The notes under the pieces: generated by a model
What the model was told of the DNA's origin: nothing
Database searches by the model: none
Seen by the model: only the letters and a program-made list of their open reading frames with translations
In this document: one piece after another, positions 10,701-20,158 of the stretch
How the letters are laid out: the number at the start of each line of letters is the position of its first letter
Position numbering within the stretch: the first letter of the stretch is position 1
Made by a program: the position numbers and the translations under genes
Source: Trypanosoma brucei
Lineage: Eukaryota
DNA: 64,000 bases
NCBI GenBank assembly: GCA_000002445.1
Contig: CP000071.1
Location: 672,001-736,000, forward strand
Reading direction: 5' to 3'

Positions 10701-12239
10701 AGGAGCAGGATGAATCGATCAAGAGCACAGCCTGTGTTTTCTGAATGGGACACCGAACAACTACCCCCACAGTTGCCTTCTGGTGCCAAGGATCCCAGGC
10801 TCTTATCGCAGACGGCGAGCATATTGGTGTTTCCTAACAGCGGGAGGAGAGGAAGCAGAGCAGCATCCGTTGCGTCGCGAACGGCATGTAGTGATACTGA
10901 AAGTGTTCGAGGCGTGGAGGACCCGTGGGAGCTCAGCAGCATGTTCAGCAACGATGATAATGAACTTGCGCTGTTTCTCGCAACATTCCCTGATGAGGAA
11001 CGCCACGTACAATTGCGTCGGGAGGCGCACCGTGTCTTGGATGACATCAATGCCGGAAGCAAAGTTCTGGAGGAGTACGCGATAAAATTGAAGGTGCGGC
11101 CCTCGAGCATGGGCCCGTCTGCCGGAGCCGGAGGTGGAATGCAGCCGTGCGAGCAAGAGTGGACTGAACGGGACGAGCAGATGGAGAAGCGTATGCTTGA
11201 GTGCAGAGTGGACATTCAGAGCATGGTGGAGCGCTTCAAGGCAGAGGCGCAGGAGGAGTATGCCGACCTCTGGCGTACGCTTCAGGAGCTTCGGAAACGA
11301 GTGGAGGTCCAAGAAGCTTTGCTTGAGGAGACCAAGTTGGATATAAACCGTCTTTCGTATCCTATGGAGGGTGAAGACACTGATGCCTTCGCACTGAGGC
11401 TGACGCGCGAGGTGAATGCATTTGCCGAACAAAACAAACTGGACCCGCAGCAGCTGAAAGATTTGACAACCGCGAAGCAGGACCGTGAAGCCGCCGTGCG
11501 CAGCTTTCTAGAAAGCTTTGCGCGAACGCGCGGCCGACGGGGAGGTGTAAGTGTTGGGTGCCAATGCACACCAAAAGATCTGGGGTACATCGACACGGAA
11601 GTACTAGAACTTAACAAACAAATGGAGGATCTACAATACCATGCACGTGGCCTGCTTAATTCGATTAAGCTTGTTGTTATATCTATGGGGAATGTACTAA
11701 GTTTCCACTCCGCACTTGAGCTGGAGTCGACATGCAAGCGTTGCTTTTGTATCTTCGAGGAACCCCGGACCTTATGGCCCTGTGGACATTCGTTTTGCTT
11801 GCATTGCCTTACGCAGATGATCTCCAAGGGAGGCGAACTTATATGCGATGAATGTGGGACGCTCTGCCTGGTTGGTTACACACCGAACTTTGCCATTGAA
11901 ATGGTGGCCGGCTACCAACTTATGTGGATCAACTCCGCTGAGGACGATGTGAGCGAGGATTCCTTGTGTAGTTCACCTTCCCCCAAAAGCAGCCTCACGA
12001 GCAGTAACAGTAAAGGCAGTAAACCCTCATCTCATGCAGGGCAAAAGCGTCGTACAGTTGAGAAGGTGCTGGCGGGTCTGCTAAAGGACCTTCTTAGTAC
12101 ACAGGGCTCAGGCAAAGCCACAAGGAAGACAGAGCGGAAGTCAAAGAAGCCCTCCAAGTCAACCTCTGGCGAGTTACCTCTACCGCCGTTGAAAGGGGGC
12201 CTTCCACCGTCGGCGGCAACTAAGGTTCAGTGTGCTTGA
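7740..12239 (+). CDS. Large coiled-coil protein with a C-terminal C3HC4 RING finger, a putative E3 ubiquitin ligase. It contains an internal duplicated segment of about 130 aa.
   Basis: A 1499-aa ORF. The RING sequence is CKRCFCIFEEPRTLWPCGHSFCLHCL...CDECG. Upstream of it lie long heptad-like regions (EAQEEYADLWRTLQELRKRVEVQEALLEE). A near-identical 206-bp DNA repeat sits at 9369-9574 and 9759-9964. Confidence 0.7.
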   Translation: MAHAMDTTNGGGNCNVRGLGGSLIRLLELYPVKQVAADEGTTETEQGMSKEEVNSPSPVKSQREGNMKRNRVVNSHPPKQDVLDCAEVGQYLIATGSKDKVSAMQANVLEVRSALSAPSPVAIPNANQCPSNVLLTPLVPTGEYVPSYDTKEQIKYSLVGEPGTRCQSPLPLFRGSRVDDQVREATMFFSNLLAARQHECADQEMGPLHGGSGAPYQLPAFYDILSRTIGTSRSREAGQESREAGGYLPLISPVHAGATSSGRLFRGVRHSSARLRSNTPLGNDFCVGGVCGLMGRRLIGVPVHDRRLNAHLMSSWEKGVKARLPARKAFKAIKSSCWWRLAGSREGLLLAARLVNLDADVYESLLTRWVDGIRHSYTRFVTVNVDAFVSEDIGQNLITGPRGRKLGPVLPFSGSEAVMNSLFPGDVELSDMLGVARQLGYLQMGGALCEDDVARVLQCDTRTIQRELRRLMLQRSGGTVQPLGVLPIFEGKGCRLYEPNTAIRQISRAILRARRRAAAEEAKKKGRKIRFSLLPDVTTCSRVLQRRLQKIAASRPGDVQALLEQLGVLADAVNSGGLESIKSCPEVLSRLQEIIADMPPDVQASLQQLGFLTDDSGRISVSSDGRPRVSRGRSRKAANVVPSNVHKFLKKLDNISRTITGGGPPESDGSAELLQRGLQEIAASRPGDVQALLEQLGVLADAVNSGGLESIKSCPEALSRLQEIAASMPPDVRASLQQLGFLPDGDGVIGVENLCEVAKRQQELSSGAPHPSEGMRGATTEGLKSPTEGASFSVSARRKIRRRTPKVVKMAAADEKGPIVHNVPPSSVKDQGEGPAARDKSALSASSPLGDEATAWPGNHAAFAVDESEADAKDQSWEDTAFGTKKGLLKKRRRLRSKTSSELETLTDDDAERALFADKHASFGKRSSPGRFRGRTSPMGVLGIESFPTSGDADDPLSGFVASQLKESYSGPQEGEETDDYEYTPRERSRMNRSRAQPVFSEWDTEQLPPQLPSGAKDPRLLSQTASILVFPNSGRRGSRAASVASRTACSDTESVRGVEDPWELSSMFSNDDNELALFLATFPDEERHVQLRREAHRVLDDINAGSKVLEEYAIKLKVRPSSMGPSAGAGGGMQPCEQEWTERDEQMEKRMLECRVDIQSMVERFKAEAQEEYADLWRTLQELRKRVEVQEALLEETKLDINRLSYPMEGEDTDAFALRLTREVNAFAEQNKLDPQQLKDLTTAKQDREAAVRSFLESFARTRGRRGGVSVGCQCTPKDLGYIDTEVLELNKQMEDLQYHARGLLNSIKLVVISMGNVLSFHSALELESTCKRCFCIFEEPRTLWPCGHSFCLHCLTQMISKGGELICDECGTLCLVGYTPNFAIEMVAGYQLMWINSAEDDVSEDSLCSSPSPKSSLTSSNSKGSKPSSHAGQKRRTVEKVLAGLLKDLLSTQGSGKATRKTERKSKKPSKSTSGELPLPPLKGGLPPSAATKVQCA
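9369..9964 (+). repeat. Intragenic direct duplication with a 390-bp period: two copies, roughly 9369-9574 and 9759-9964, nearly identical at the DNA level.
   Basis: The repeated DNA is cgccgccagcaggccaggggatgttcaggctctacttgagcaactgggggtgcttgccgacgccgttaatagcggaggattagagagtataaaaagctgccccgaag. It encodes IAASRPGDVQALLEQLGVLADAVNSGGLESIKSCPE twice. Confidence 0.85.
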
Positions 12240-12927
12240 AAAAGCTGTGACGTGCGACATATGTTCCCAGAAGTGTGGTATGCCGGACCAAGGTGTTAGA
12301 CTATCGAGACTTTTAACTTTTTTTCTTACTCCTTCATACCTCTGTTCCTACTTGCCAAAGTCGAATCCCTGTTTGCTGGATTGCCCCACCCGCGCAAAGA
12401 GGGGTACGCGGCAAAAGGGCAAAAATCGCTTGCTGGTGACCAATGAGATGAATGTAATTGACTGCCGGATGATAGCGCAGGCGCCGCCCTTGAGATGACG
12501 GTAAAACATGGACATCCACGTGTCTGTGCCTTTGTAACGTCGCGCTTTGCTGTCTGGGCAGGCATTGTGACCGCCTGCAGTTGTCTAGTTGTTGATATGT
12601 TTCCAGTATTCAGGGTACGCGTTTTTATCCATTTCCCCCGTCATTTGTTTGTTTTTCTCTATTCGTTCTTGCAACTGTTCCCCTCGCAAGTATCTTCCCT
12701 GCTGATTTGGAAGCCGGTGACCTATTTCGGTGCACTGGGTAGCGTGAAGACAACGATGCGGTGACCAGTATACATGTATATATGGATCTGTAGAAGATGT
12801 AAATTTGAAAAGGATGCATTTTTTTCTTTTTGATCAAAACATTACCCATTACTTTGCTTGGTTGGTTGTCCTTTCACTTTGTTCACCATTTTCTCCCACT
12901 TTTTATCAGTTGTTTGAAGGAAGTACA

Positions 12928-13950
12928 ATGAAATTCAAAGCAACAGTACGAGATCGCCGGATGTTAGTGGCCCTGTGTGAGGCATGCCGCCGCTCGGAGA
13001 ACGGTGGTGTCGTTTTAAAGCTTCACGCATCACGGATTCGTGTTTTCACGCGCACTCGGGCCGGGAGCGACATACAGGTTGTTGCTGTTTGCCGCACAGA
13101 TGTTGTTTTTGGTGAATTCAAGGCGCAGCTTGCTGGAAGGAACTCTAGATCCAAGGCTGCGGCAGAGGACGATGCAGATGATGGCGATGCGATATACTGT
13201 GAAATAGCGGACACAAGACGGCTGACACACGTGTTACGGCAGTCGGAACGTTGCCAATTAATCTCCATCAAACTGTCGACCAACCAAAAACGTCGACCGG
13301 TACTTCGAGTGTCTCTGGGAGACACGCAGACAAACCTCGACGTAAGTCACGACGTCCCCGTGGAGGTGTTAGGGTCCAATGAGGCAAGAAGCCTTAGTGC
13401 TCCCTCGCTAAGCTGTGCCGCGAGGCCGCTGGTGCTAGACGGACTTCTTGAACTGGCAACATTTGTGGATAGGGCCCGGTGCGCCTCCTGTGAGCAGGTT
13501 ACATTCTCCGCGTGGAAAAACAAAAGCAGCAGCAAAGGTAGTAAGGACTGCAACAATGCTGGTTCACCTGTCTACACTCTCCTCATTGAAGCAGAATGCT
13601 TTCTCGGTAGTTTTGCTCTTGAATACAATTCCCTAACAGTGGCGAAGGAGGGCGAGGAAGAGGAAGAGGAAGAGGAGGAGGAGGAGGAGGAAGAGAAAGA
13701 AGGAGCCGAGGGGGCTCCAGGAACACCTGGCGACACCGAAAGCTTTGTGGAAGCGCAAGGAAGTAAACAGGGGCCTCTTTTAGCCAGCGTTACGGTAGAG
13801 GCGAGGGCGCTCGCACGGTTTTTGCCCATTCGTGATTTGACAGTGGATTTCGTATGGTTGTACCTCGATCACCAAAAGGCAATTGTCATGTACATCTGTG
13901 CCTCCGGATGCACAAAGCTTTTGGGTTGCATACCGGCTGTAACAAATTGA
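12928..13950 (+). CDS. Hypothetical protein, possibly a HUS1-like checkpoint clamp subunit, with an internal poly-Glu tract.
   Basis: The N-terminus MKFKATVRDRRMLVALCEACRRS..VVLKLHASRIRVF resembles the HUS1 N-terminus (MKFRAKI...). Its length of about 340 aa is clamp-like, apart from an acidic insertion EGEEEEEEEEEEEEEEKE. The similarity is judged by eye only. Confidence 0.35.
   Translation: MKFKATVRDRRMLVALCEACRRSENGGVVLKLHASRIRVFTRTRAGSDIQVVAVCRTDVVFGEFKAQLAGRNSRSKAAAEDDADDGDAIYCEIADTRRLTHVLRQSERCQLISIKLSTNQKRRPVLRVSLGDTQTNLDVSHDVPVEVLGSNEARSLSAPSLSCAARPLVLDGLLELATFVDRARCASCEQVTFSAWKNKSSSKGSKDCNNAGSPVYTLLIEAECFLGSFALEYNSLTVAKEGEEEEEEEEEEEEEEKEGAEGAPGTPGDTESFVEAQGSKQGPLLASVTVEARALARFLPIRDLTVDFVWLYLDHQKAIVMYICASGCTKLLGCIPAVTN
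13651..13700 (+). repeat. Coding (GAR)n trinucleotide tract, (GAG/GAA)n, giving a poly-Glu run.
   Basis: The sequence gaggaagaggaagaggaagaggaggaggaggaggaggaagag lies inside the 12928-13950 CDS. Confidence 0.8.
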
Positions 13951-14482
13951 AAATCCAATGAATGGACACATTCAACCTCTTGTTGGCTAACAAGTGGCTT
14001 TACGGGAGCCCTTTTGCAAACTTTTGAGTCCCCGTTAATCACGTCCTCACACTCGTCTTGCGACTCCAACTGGGAATCACGTTGTACCACATTTGCTTTA
14101 CGAGTTGGTTGGGGGAAGGCGGCCGCCACACAATATCCCCTCTTTCGTGTTACTTAGTGAAGGGAAATTCGAGGTGCATTGTCCTGATTCCCAAATTTGC
14201 GCGTACGTGGTGTCGTGACCGTACTTCCCCCTTTTCCTTTGCCCCTCTTAAACTCTCCTGATTTACTTCCCTCTATTTATTATCGAGCCCCTCATCTGTA
14301 GTCCTATCCAATTTTTGGTGTGACATTTGTACCGCAGAAATTTCCCTCTGCCTGAATTTTGCTACGTCGTTTTCTTTTTTTTTCTTATTTTCAATCTCCG
14401 ACGTCTCACCATCCTGTGAACCTCTACTTGCACCCACACACGTTTCCATGCAACAGGTCGCGGTCGCATAAACCTTAAGGGA

Positions 14483-15904
14483 ATGCGGCGGGCTTCGCAT
14501 GTTTGCACGTCGTGTGAACTGCTGGGTTTCCAGAAGCAATTTCTCATGCTCTCCAACCGCGGTAATAGCAGTGGTGATAATGACGTCATCGATACAAGTG
14601 GCGGCAAGTTCCGCAACGGCAATGGGGATGGAAAAGACGACGATGTTGTGACACCATGGAATGTTTCTGCCACCGGAGTGCGGGGTGTCAACTATGATCG
14701 TGTGTTGGTGCGATTTAAGTCCCAACCTATCGGTGAGCCACTGTTAAAAAGGATGCAGGATGTTTGTGTTGAAAGAGTGAAATGCAATAATAGCGAAAGA
14801 GGACACAATGCGGAAAGGAGTGCAGTGGGTGAAGAGGTGCAGCCATTGCATCACTTCTTCAGGCGTGGCATAGCCTTTTCGCACAGAGATTTTGACATCG
14901 CACTGACCAACGTGCAGGAAGCCTTAAGATCGGGAACTCAGGGAGCGTATTTATACACTGGTCGCGGTCCGAGTACGCGGACAATGCATCTTGGACACGT
15001 GATACCCTTTATGCTTACGCGCTACCTGCAGGATGCGCTCGGGCTGCCGCTAGTCATCCAAATCACCGACGATGAGAAGTTTTTTTTTCGCGATGTACCG
15101 TTGCATGACAACCGATGCTCGGACGGAATTGATATTGTAACCGAAAACATAAAGGATATTATTGCATTTGGCTTTGACCCTAAACGGACGTTTATTTTCC
15201 GGAACACCTCCTACATGGGTAGCATGTATCCTACCGTTGTTCGCCTGCAGCGCACAATGACACTCAGTGCCGTGAAGAATACGCTGGGATTGATCGATAA
15301 TGACAATATCGGGAAAGCCTCCTTCGCTGCTACTCAAGCAGCGCCTTGCTTCAGTAGCTCCTTTCCGTGCATCCTTGGAGAACAAGATTTTGAAAAGCCT
15401 CTACAGTGTATTGTGCCATGTGCCATTGATCAGGATCCGTACTTCGTTCTGGCGCGGGCATCGGCATCCCGCATGAAGTATCGAGCTCCCGCACTACTGC
15501 ATACAAAATTCCTTCCAGCTTTGAAGGGGATGAGACTAAAGATGAGTAGTAGTGCCGAGGAGAGCGGTGTGATAACATTGCACGACTCACCGGAGCAAGT
15601 ACAAAAGAAGATGAAGAAGGCTTTCTCCGGCGGTAGTGGGACACTGGACGACATGAAGACGAAAGGCGTGGATTTGGAGGCCGATGTGGCCTACCAATTC
15701 ATTCGGTTTTTCTCTCCGGACGACGAGATGGTTGGGGAGGTATCGGCAAAGTATGTGGTTGGTGAGATGAACAGCTGTTATGTGAAGAGCTTAGCCGCAG
15801 ATGTTGTCGTCCGGCATGTGCTGCGCAACTGGCAAGCGAAGCGAAAGCTGGTGACAGATGAGGAGGTTCGGCGGTTTACGGAGGTGCGCAACATTATGGC
15901 GTAG
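14483..15904 (+). CDS. Tryptophanyl-tRNA synthetase of the eukaryotic/archaeal type. The N-terminal extension suggests an organellar isoform.
   Basis: Collinear with cytosolic TrpRS: YTGRGPSTRTMHLGHVIPFMLTRYLQDALGLPLVIQITDDEKFF (HIGH motif HLGH), IAFGFDPKRTFIF, IGKASFAATQAAPCFSSSFP and LKMSSS (KMSKS motif). The true start may be an internal Met. Confidence 0.9.
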   Translation: MRRASHVCTSCELLGFQKQFLMLSNRGNSSGDNDVIDTSGGKFRNGNGDGKDDDVVTPWNVSATGVRGVNYDRVLVRFKSQPIGEPLLKRMQDVCVERVKCNNSERGHNAERSAVGEEVQPLHHFFRRGIAFSHRDFDIALTNVQEALRSGTQGAYLYTGRGPSTRTMHLGHVIPFMLTRYLQDALGLPLVIQITDDEKFFFRDVPLHDNRCSDGIDIVTENIKDIIAFGFDPKRTFIFRNTSYMGSMYPTVVRLQRTMTLSAVKNTLGLIDNDNIGKASFAATQAAPCFSSSFPCILGEQDFEKPLQCIVPCAIDQDPYFVLARASASRMKYRAPALLHTKFLPALKGMRLKMSSSAEESGVITLHDSPEQVQKKMKKAFSGGSGTLDDMKTKGVDLEADVAYQFIRFFSPDDEMVGEVSAKYVVGEMNSCYVKSLAADVVVRHVLRNWQAKRKLVTDEEVRRFTEVRNIMA

Positions 15905-16145
15905 GGAGGTTTCGGGGGCGGAAAGGTAGTACAACACCGAGGTCGGTGGGTTCTGAATTTCCCGCATGTTTTTATCGTTTTTTTTTAAATTTGTTGGCCC
16001 GCCATCTTGCTCGGAGTTTTTAAAAAAAAAGTCAAAAGTTTGCGTGTGTGAGCCGGAACGCCCCTCCATTTTTTTTTTGCGGATAGTATCCCCCTGATCG
16101 ATAGGAATCGATAATTTTTGTGCGCAGGTTAATCATAGAGAGGTA

Positions 16146-18689
16146 ATGGACGCGCAAGTTGGAGTTGTTCAGCAACCGGTGACCACTAGTTCAACGATTT
16201 GGGTTGGGGAATGTCAATGTCCAAAATGGAAAAAATCTACCCACCGTGCGGTTGAGCAAAACCTGACGACTTCACTAGAATGCGGTGGAGAAAGAGATGC
16301 ACTCCTTGATGTTGCTTGCGGAAGTGGCATTGACATAGATTCTTTCCTTAGAGAGAAGTGGATTCGTGTAGCATTTACTTCTAGTTTCGGAAGTAACAGT
16401 AGGGTCCGCGTGCGGGCGAGAAGGGTGAGGATAGGTAGCCATGAGTTTGTCGTGGTGGAACGGAACGTTTTTGGGTGTGATGACTCGGTATATCGAAAGG
16501 ATAACAAACTTTGGGAGGGTTTGCCCCGTGGGCAGGCCTGCGTATTTGTCGAATCGGGCGACAGGGCTGGGTTTATACCCATAGGTAGACTTCAAGGCCT
16601 GCGGAAGTTCAATTCCTTCGACGGACCATATGGTATTAGGGGAAGGCAACCCGTTAGTGCTGTTGCGATGGAGGCCATCGACGGGGACTGTGGTCATATC
16701 TCTGCGTTCGTGCACACTGGAGAGCGGTATTGGCTTGTTGGGAACAAAGATACTCACCTATTAGTAAGCTTCAGTGTACCAGAGAAAGATATATTCTCCA
16801 ACACCGCCGAAGGTGGTGCCATAACGAATGAGGGGGACAAGCCACTTCAGGGGGCTAACTATTCACCTCCGTCGCTAGCGGTGCGGATAGCAAGGCTCTG
16901 GGGTCAAACGCTTCGAGCACTTCCCGATGAAAAATCATTCGGTTTGCATGAGTTTTTGTCTTCAAACAGGTACACGGCTTGCTTCGACGCTGTGCTACAG
17001 GACTGTGGACACCTTGTCGACTACGGTGAAGATGAACTTCTACAGTTTTACGCTCTGACCCAAAGTGGTGAATCGCTAGCAGAGGGCTTGTGCGTGGATC
17101 CAGTTAGCGCTATAGTAAACCTGCAGTCCTTTGGTCTTCGTGTAGTCCCCTTCCATAGTGAGCAATGCTCATCAGTACCTGAAATTCTGGATCTTGGAAC
17201 GGACGAGTATTCGCAGTACGGGGGCCAGGTTGCGCGTCGTCTGAACTGCAGAGGAGCGGTTATGTACGGCTTGGACGCCCAGGGCATTGTGGTTCGGTTG
17301 TGGAAGTTACCTTCGCACGCATACGTGGTTGAGCGTGCGGCACAGGAGGCCATTGTGACGCATCGCCTGAGCGGTACCGTCTTGCGCGACAAGTTGCGGA
17401 GGAAGTTAGACCGCTTGCCGAAAGAAATACGACGATGTGTCACTGAATGGAGTTCAGCCCGTCTTGAGCCATTGTTGAACCTTGCAGCGTGGTTGCACAT
17501 TATGGGGAAAGTAACACCGGAGGTTGGCCTCGATGGATTGCAGGAGGTCCGTCGCAGTTGGATAACACTTCAACAGCAACTTGTGAAGCACACAAAGGAC
17601 ATGCGTGAGCACTTACAACTGTACGAGCCCCCAGTGGCCGAGGCAGCTATCAATAACCCGGACGTCATCATGTGTGTGGGGCCACAAGGTTGTGGCAAGT
17701 CCACGTTTTGTCGCGCTTTCTGTGTCTTACTCCAGAAGGTAGGTCAGAAGCCTCGTTGGATCAACCAGGACGAAGTGGGTGGTCGAAATGAGTTTATCGA
17801 GGCCATCCGACGTGCCAAGGAATCCGACTGTACACATATTCTTATAGATAAAATGAATCTTGACGATGCGGCACGAAATGCTGACTACGCCTCTTTCAAC
17901 CTAAAAACGATAACCGTCGCTTGGGTACATCCTTGTGATGTAGACGTTATGGTAAGTACGTGCCTAGAAAGAGTATGCCATCGCGGCAATGCACATCGCA
18001 CATTCAGAGGAACCGTCTCCCCGGGGAAAAAGAGGAAAATGATGACAATTATCCGTGGGTGTGTACAGCGATGCGAACCACCAACAACAGGGATTGTTAT
18101 TGAGGCCAATGTCTTGGACCCCCCGGCCATAACCATAGAATCTGTGTGGAAAGGTCTCTGCCGACACACAATGTCTGAACTTCCAGATATTAAAGATCTT
18201 TCCGTTGCCGACGCGTTGGAAATTGCTCGTAGGTACGAATTACTCTTGTCACACTCATCGCGTCCCTTCAATTGCGGCATCATAAAGGTTGTGAATTCAG
18301 AACTTCTTGTCGCCCTTGTGCCTGCAGATTACCTTGAGGGCAAAAAAATGCGCAAGGAACTCGACATCAGCACAATCTATCTTGGTGACAGATCCCATTT
18401 CGATCTTACGCTTCTGTCAGAGTTACAAACGTTGGAAGGTACTTCCATCCAGGTGGCACCTGTCCGTATCGCGTCCGACGCAAAGGCAACAGCAATTGAA
18501 ATTCGTAACAATAACGAATTCCCATGCCAAAATGCACACCCACACATTACCATTGCTACTGCTCCCGGTGTACCAGCGAAGTATAGCAATGAGCTGCTAA
18601 GCAAAGTAAGCACTGAAACAAGCGACATCAAGGTAATGGAGGTGTCACCTGATGTATCCATTTCAGGTGTGTTTCAGTTTGTGCGGTGA
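16146..18689 (+). CDS. P-loop NTPase, polynucleotide kinase-like, with a conserved C-terminal domain that also occurs in the downstream tandem-array proteins. It may be a CNPase-like or tRNA-ligase-like RNA end-processing enzyme.
   Basis: Walker A VIMCVGPQGCGKSTFCRAF at about aa 515. A Walker B-like THILIDKMNLDD follows. The C-terminal 125 aa (LEGKKMRKEL...LEGTSIQV...NNNEFPCQNAHPHITIATAPG...GVFQFVR) align end to end with the 199-aa array proteins. HPHITI is an H-x-T-x motif, as in 2H phosphoesterases. The start is uncertain and may be an internal Met. Confidence 0.65.
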   Translation: MDAQVGVVQQPVTTSSTIWVGECQCPKWKKSTHRAVEQNLTTSLECGGERDALLDVACGSGIDIDSFLREKWIRVAFTSSFGSNSRVRVRARRVRIGSHEFVVVERNVFGCDDSVYRKDNKLWEGLPRGQACVFVESGDRAGFIPIGRLQGLRKFNSFDGPYGIRGRQPVSAVAMEAIDGDCGHISAFVHTGERYWLVGNKDTHLLVSFSVPEKDIFSNTAEGGAITNEGDKPLQGANYSPPSLAVRIARLWGQTLRALPDEKSFGLHEFLSSNRYTACFDAVLQDCGHLVDYGEDELLQFYALTQSGESLAEGLCVDPVSAIVNLQSFGLRVVPFHSEQCSSVPEILDLGTDEYSQYGGQVARRLNCRGAVMYGLDAQGIVVRLWKLPSHAYVVERAAQEAIVTHRLSGTVLRDKLRRKLDRLPKEIRRCVTEWSSARLEPLLNLAAWLHIMGKVTPEVGLDGLQEVRRSWITLQQQLVKHTKDMREHLQLYEPPVAEAAINNPDVIMCVGPQGCGKSTFCRAFCVLLQKVGQKPRWINQDEVGGRNEFIEAIRRAKESDCTHILIDKMNLDDAARNADYASFNLKTITVAWVHPCDVDVMVSTCLERVCHRGNAHRTFRGTVSPGKKRKMMTIIRGCVQRCEPPTTGIVIEANVLDPPAITIESVWKGLCRHTMSELPDIKDLSVADALEIARRYELLLSHSSRPFNCGIIKVVNSELLVALVPADYLEGKKMRKELDISTIYLGDRSHFDLTLLSELQTLEGTSIQVAPVRIASDAKATAIEIRNNNEFPCQNAHPHITIATAPGVPAKYSNELLSKVSTETSDIKVMEVSPDVSISGVFQFVR

Positions 18690-20158
18690 TGAACACCTCT
18701 TTCTTCATGTTCTTTTCGGTATAACCTACAGAAGTAACGATGAGTACATTAACGGTTGTTGTTTGTTGTGCTCATCGATGAGGCATTAATACCACCCTTT
18801 GTTTTTCCTTTTTTTCTTCTTTGAATCATTAATAAATTTTATCTTGCTTTGTACAAACAATTTTACGTGATTTATTTTGTCCTTAGACGTAGACAATAAT
18901 TTTGATGATAGTGTTTATGTGGACGAATATATTTCTTTGCAATTCACGATTGGATCCAAGTATATTGATGGGAACTTGTGACTTAGGGGAAACGAGTGGT
19001 GTGCTGACATGCTCTCGCAGCACTGATATTCCCCCATAATGCTATGCACTCTGAACTGCATGTGTTGTGTCTGTGTGTATGTGTATACATGGTGTGTCGT
19101 ATGTCCTTTTTGTCTCTATACAACAATAACCTTATACTACGCATCTTGTTACATTCCAACTTTTTCTCTCTAAAAATATACCTAATTTTACAACAAATTA
19201 GGAGGAGGAGGAGTGTGTCTTAACATTGTTTATGTGCCGTATCGTGATGACAGATATTCAGCTGACGCCACACTCATCGGATGTAAGAAGATGTGCCAGT
19301 GATTATACGTAATGTCTTTGCTACAGGTGATTGTACGATATGACCATACCGACTAAACCAACCGAGATCAATGAGGCATGAAATGTTCCCGCCCCGTTTT
19401 CAATTAAGTGACGGTGTGATTACAGACAGGATGTAAGTGAGTCAATGTCAATATCTCCGTATTACACCATGAGGACTATTGTCCCCCGTGTCTGACCGCC
19501 GCTTCCACCTCCTCTCTCCCTTCTTTTCTCCTTTCTTGTTTCTTCTCTTTCACTTACACATGATGTCATTTCGTATTCTGCAATACTGACAATAACTTGA
19601 GCGAGACAAGACATATTTGACTACTGGCAACTGAAACCCGCCACCCTCTCGGATTCTTTGGTCCTCCACTAGTTACTCAACGGTATTTCACTTTAGCTCA
19701 GCGTATATATGAATATAACGTCCACGGAGCTATAAGATGTTCCCATTACCTACCTTTATTGTTATCACGAGGCTCAAAAGAACACACTGAGCGTGTACCA
19801 ATGCCCAGTGAGTGGGACAGCCATCGAAGATAAGTGTTTGTTTTACGGCAATGAGGTTCGAATGCGCCTGACGGTTTTTGTCCGACGTGGTGTGGGAAAC
19901 GCCTCAAAGAAGTTACTGCACCTACACCTTCATTTTCACGGGTATATATTATCCCTGGTCACTAATTGATGTTTGGTATGTTTAATCTGTCACTGAACAC
20001 TACTCACTTGTTTCCCCAGTGTAAGTGTGTCATCTTTCCCGTCTGTGCATTCACATGAATTTTAACTTTTATTACTCATAAATTATGTTTTGCCTCAATT
20101 ATATAGACACCGCTTTATACGCAATTTTAAGCAAGGAAGTCCAACAAGGTGAATTATA

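Noticed and set aside
10046-11827. Long minus-strand ORFs of 169 to 209 aa inside the RING-protein gene.
   Set aside because: They fall entirely within a confident 1499-aa + strand CDS. They are Ser/Arg/Leu-rich antisense artefacts of GC-rich coding sequence.
19840-19880. A tRNA-like T-loop motif, GGTTCGAATGC, at the start of each array unit.
   Set aside because: The flanking bases (GAGG..GCGC) cannot form the T-stem. No acceptor stem or anticodon-arm pairing is evident within 80 nt, so this is a chance match.
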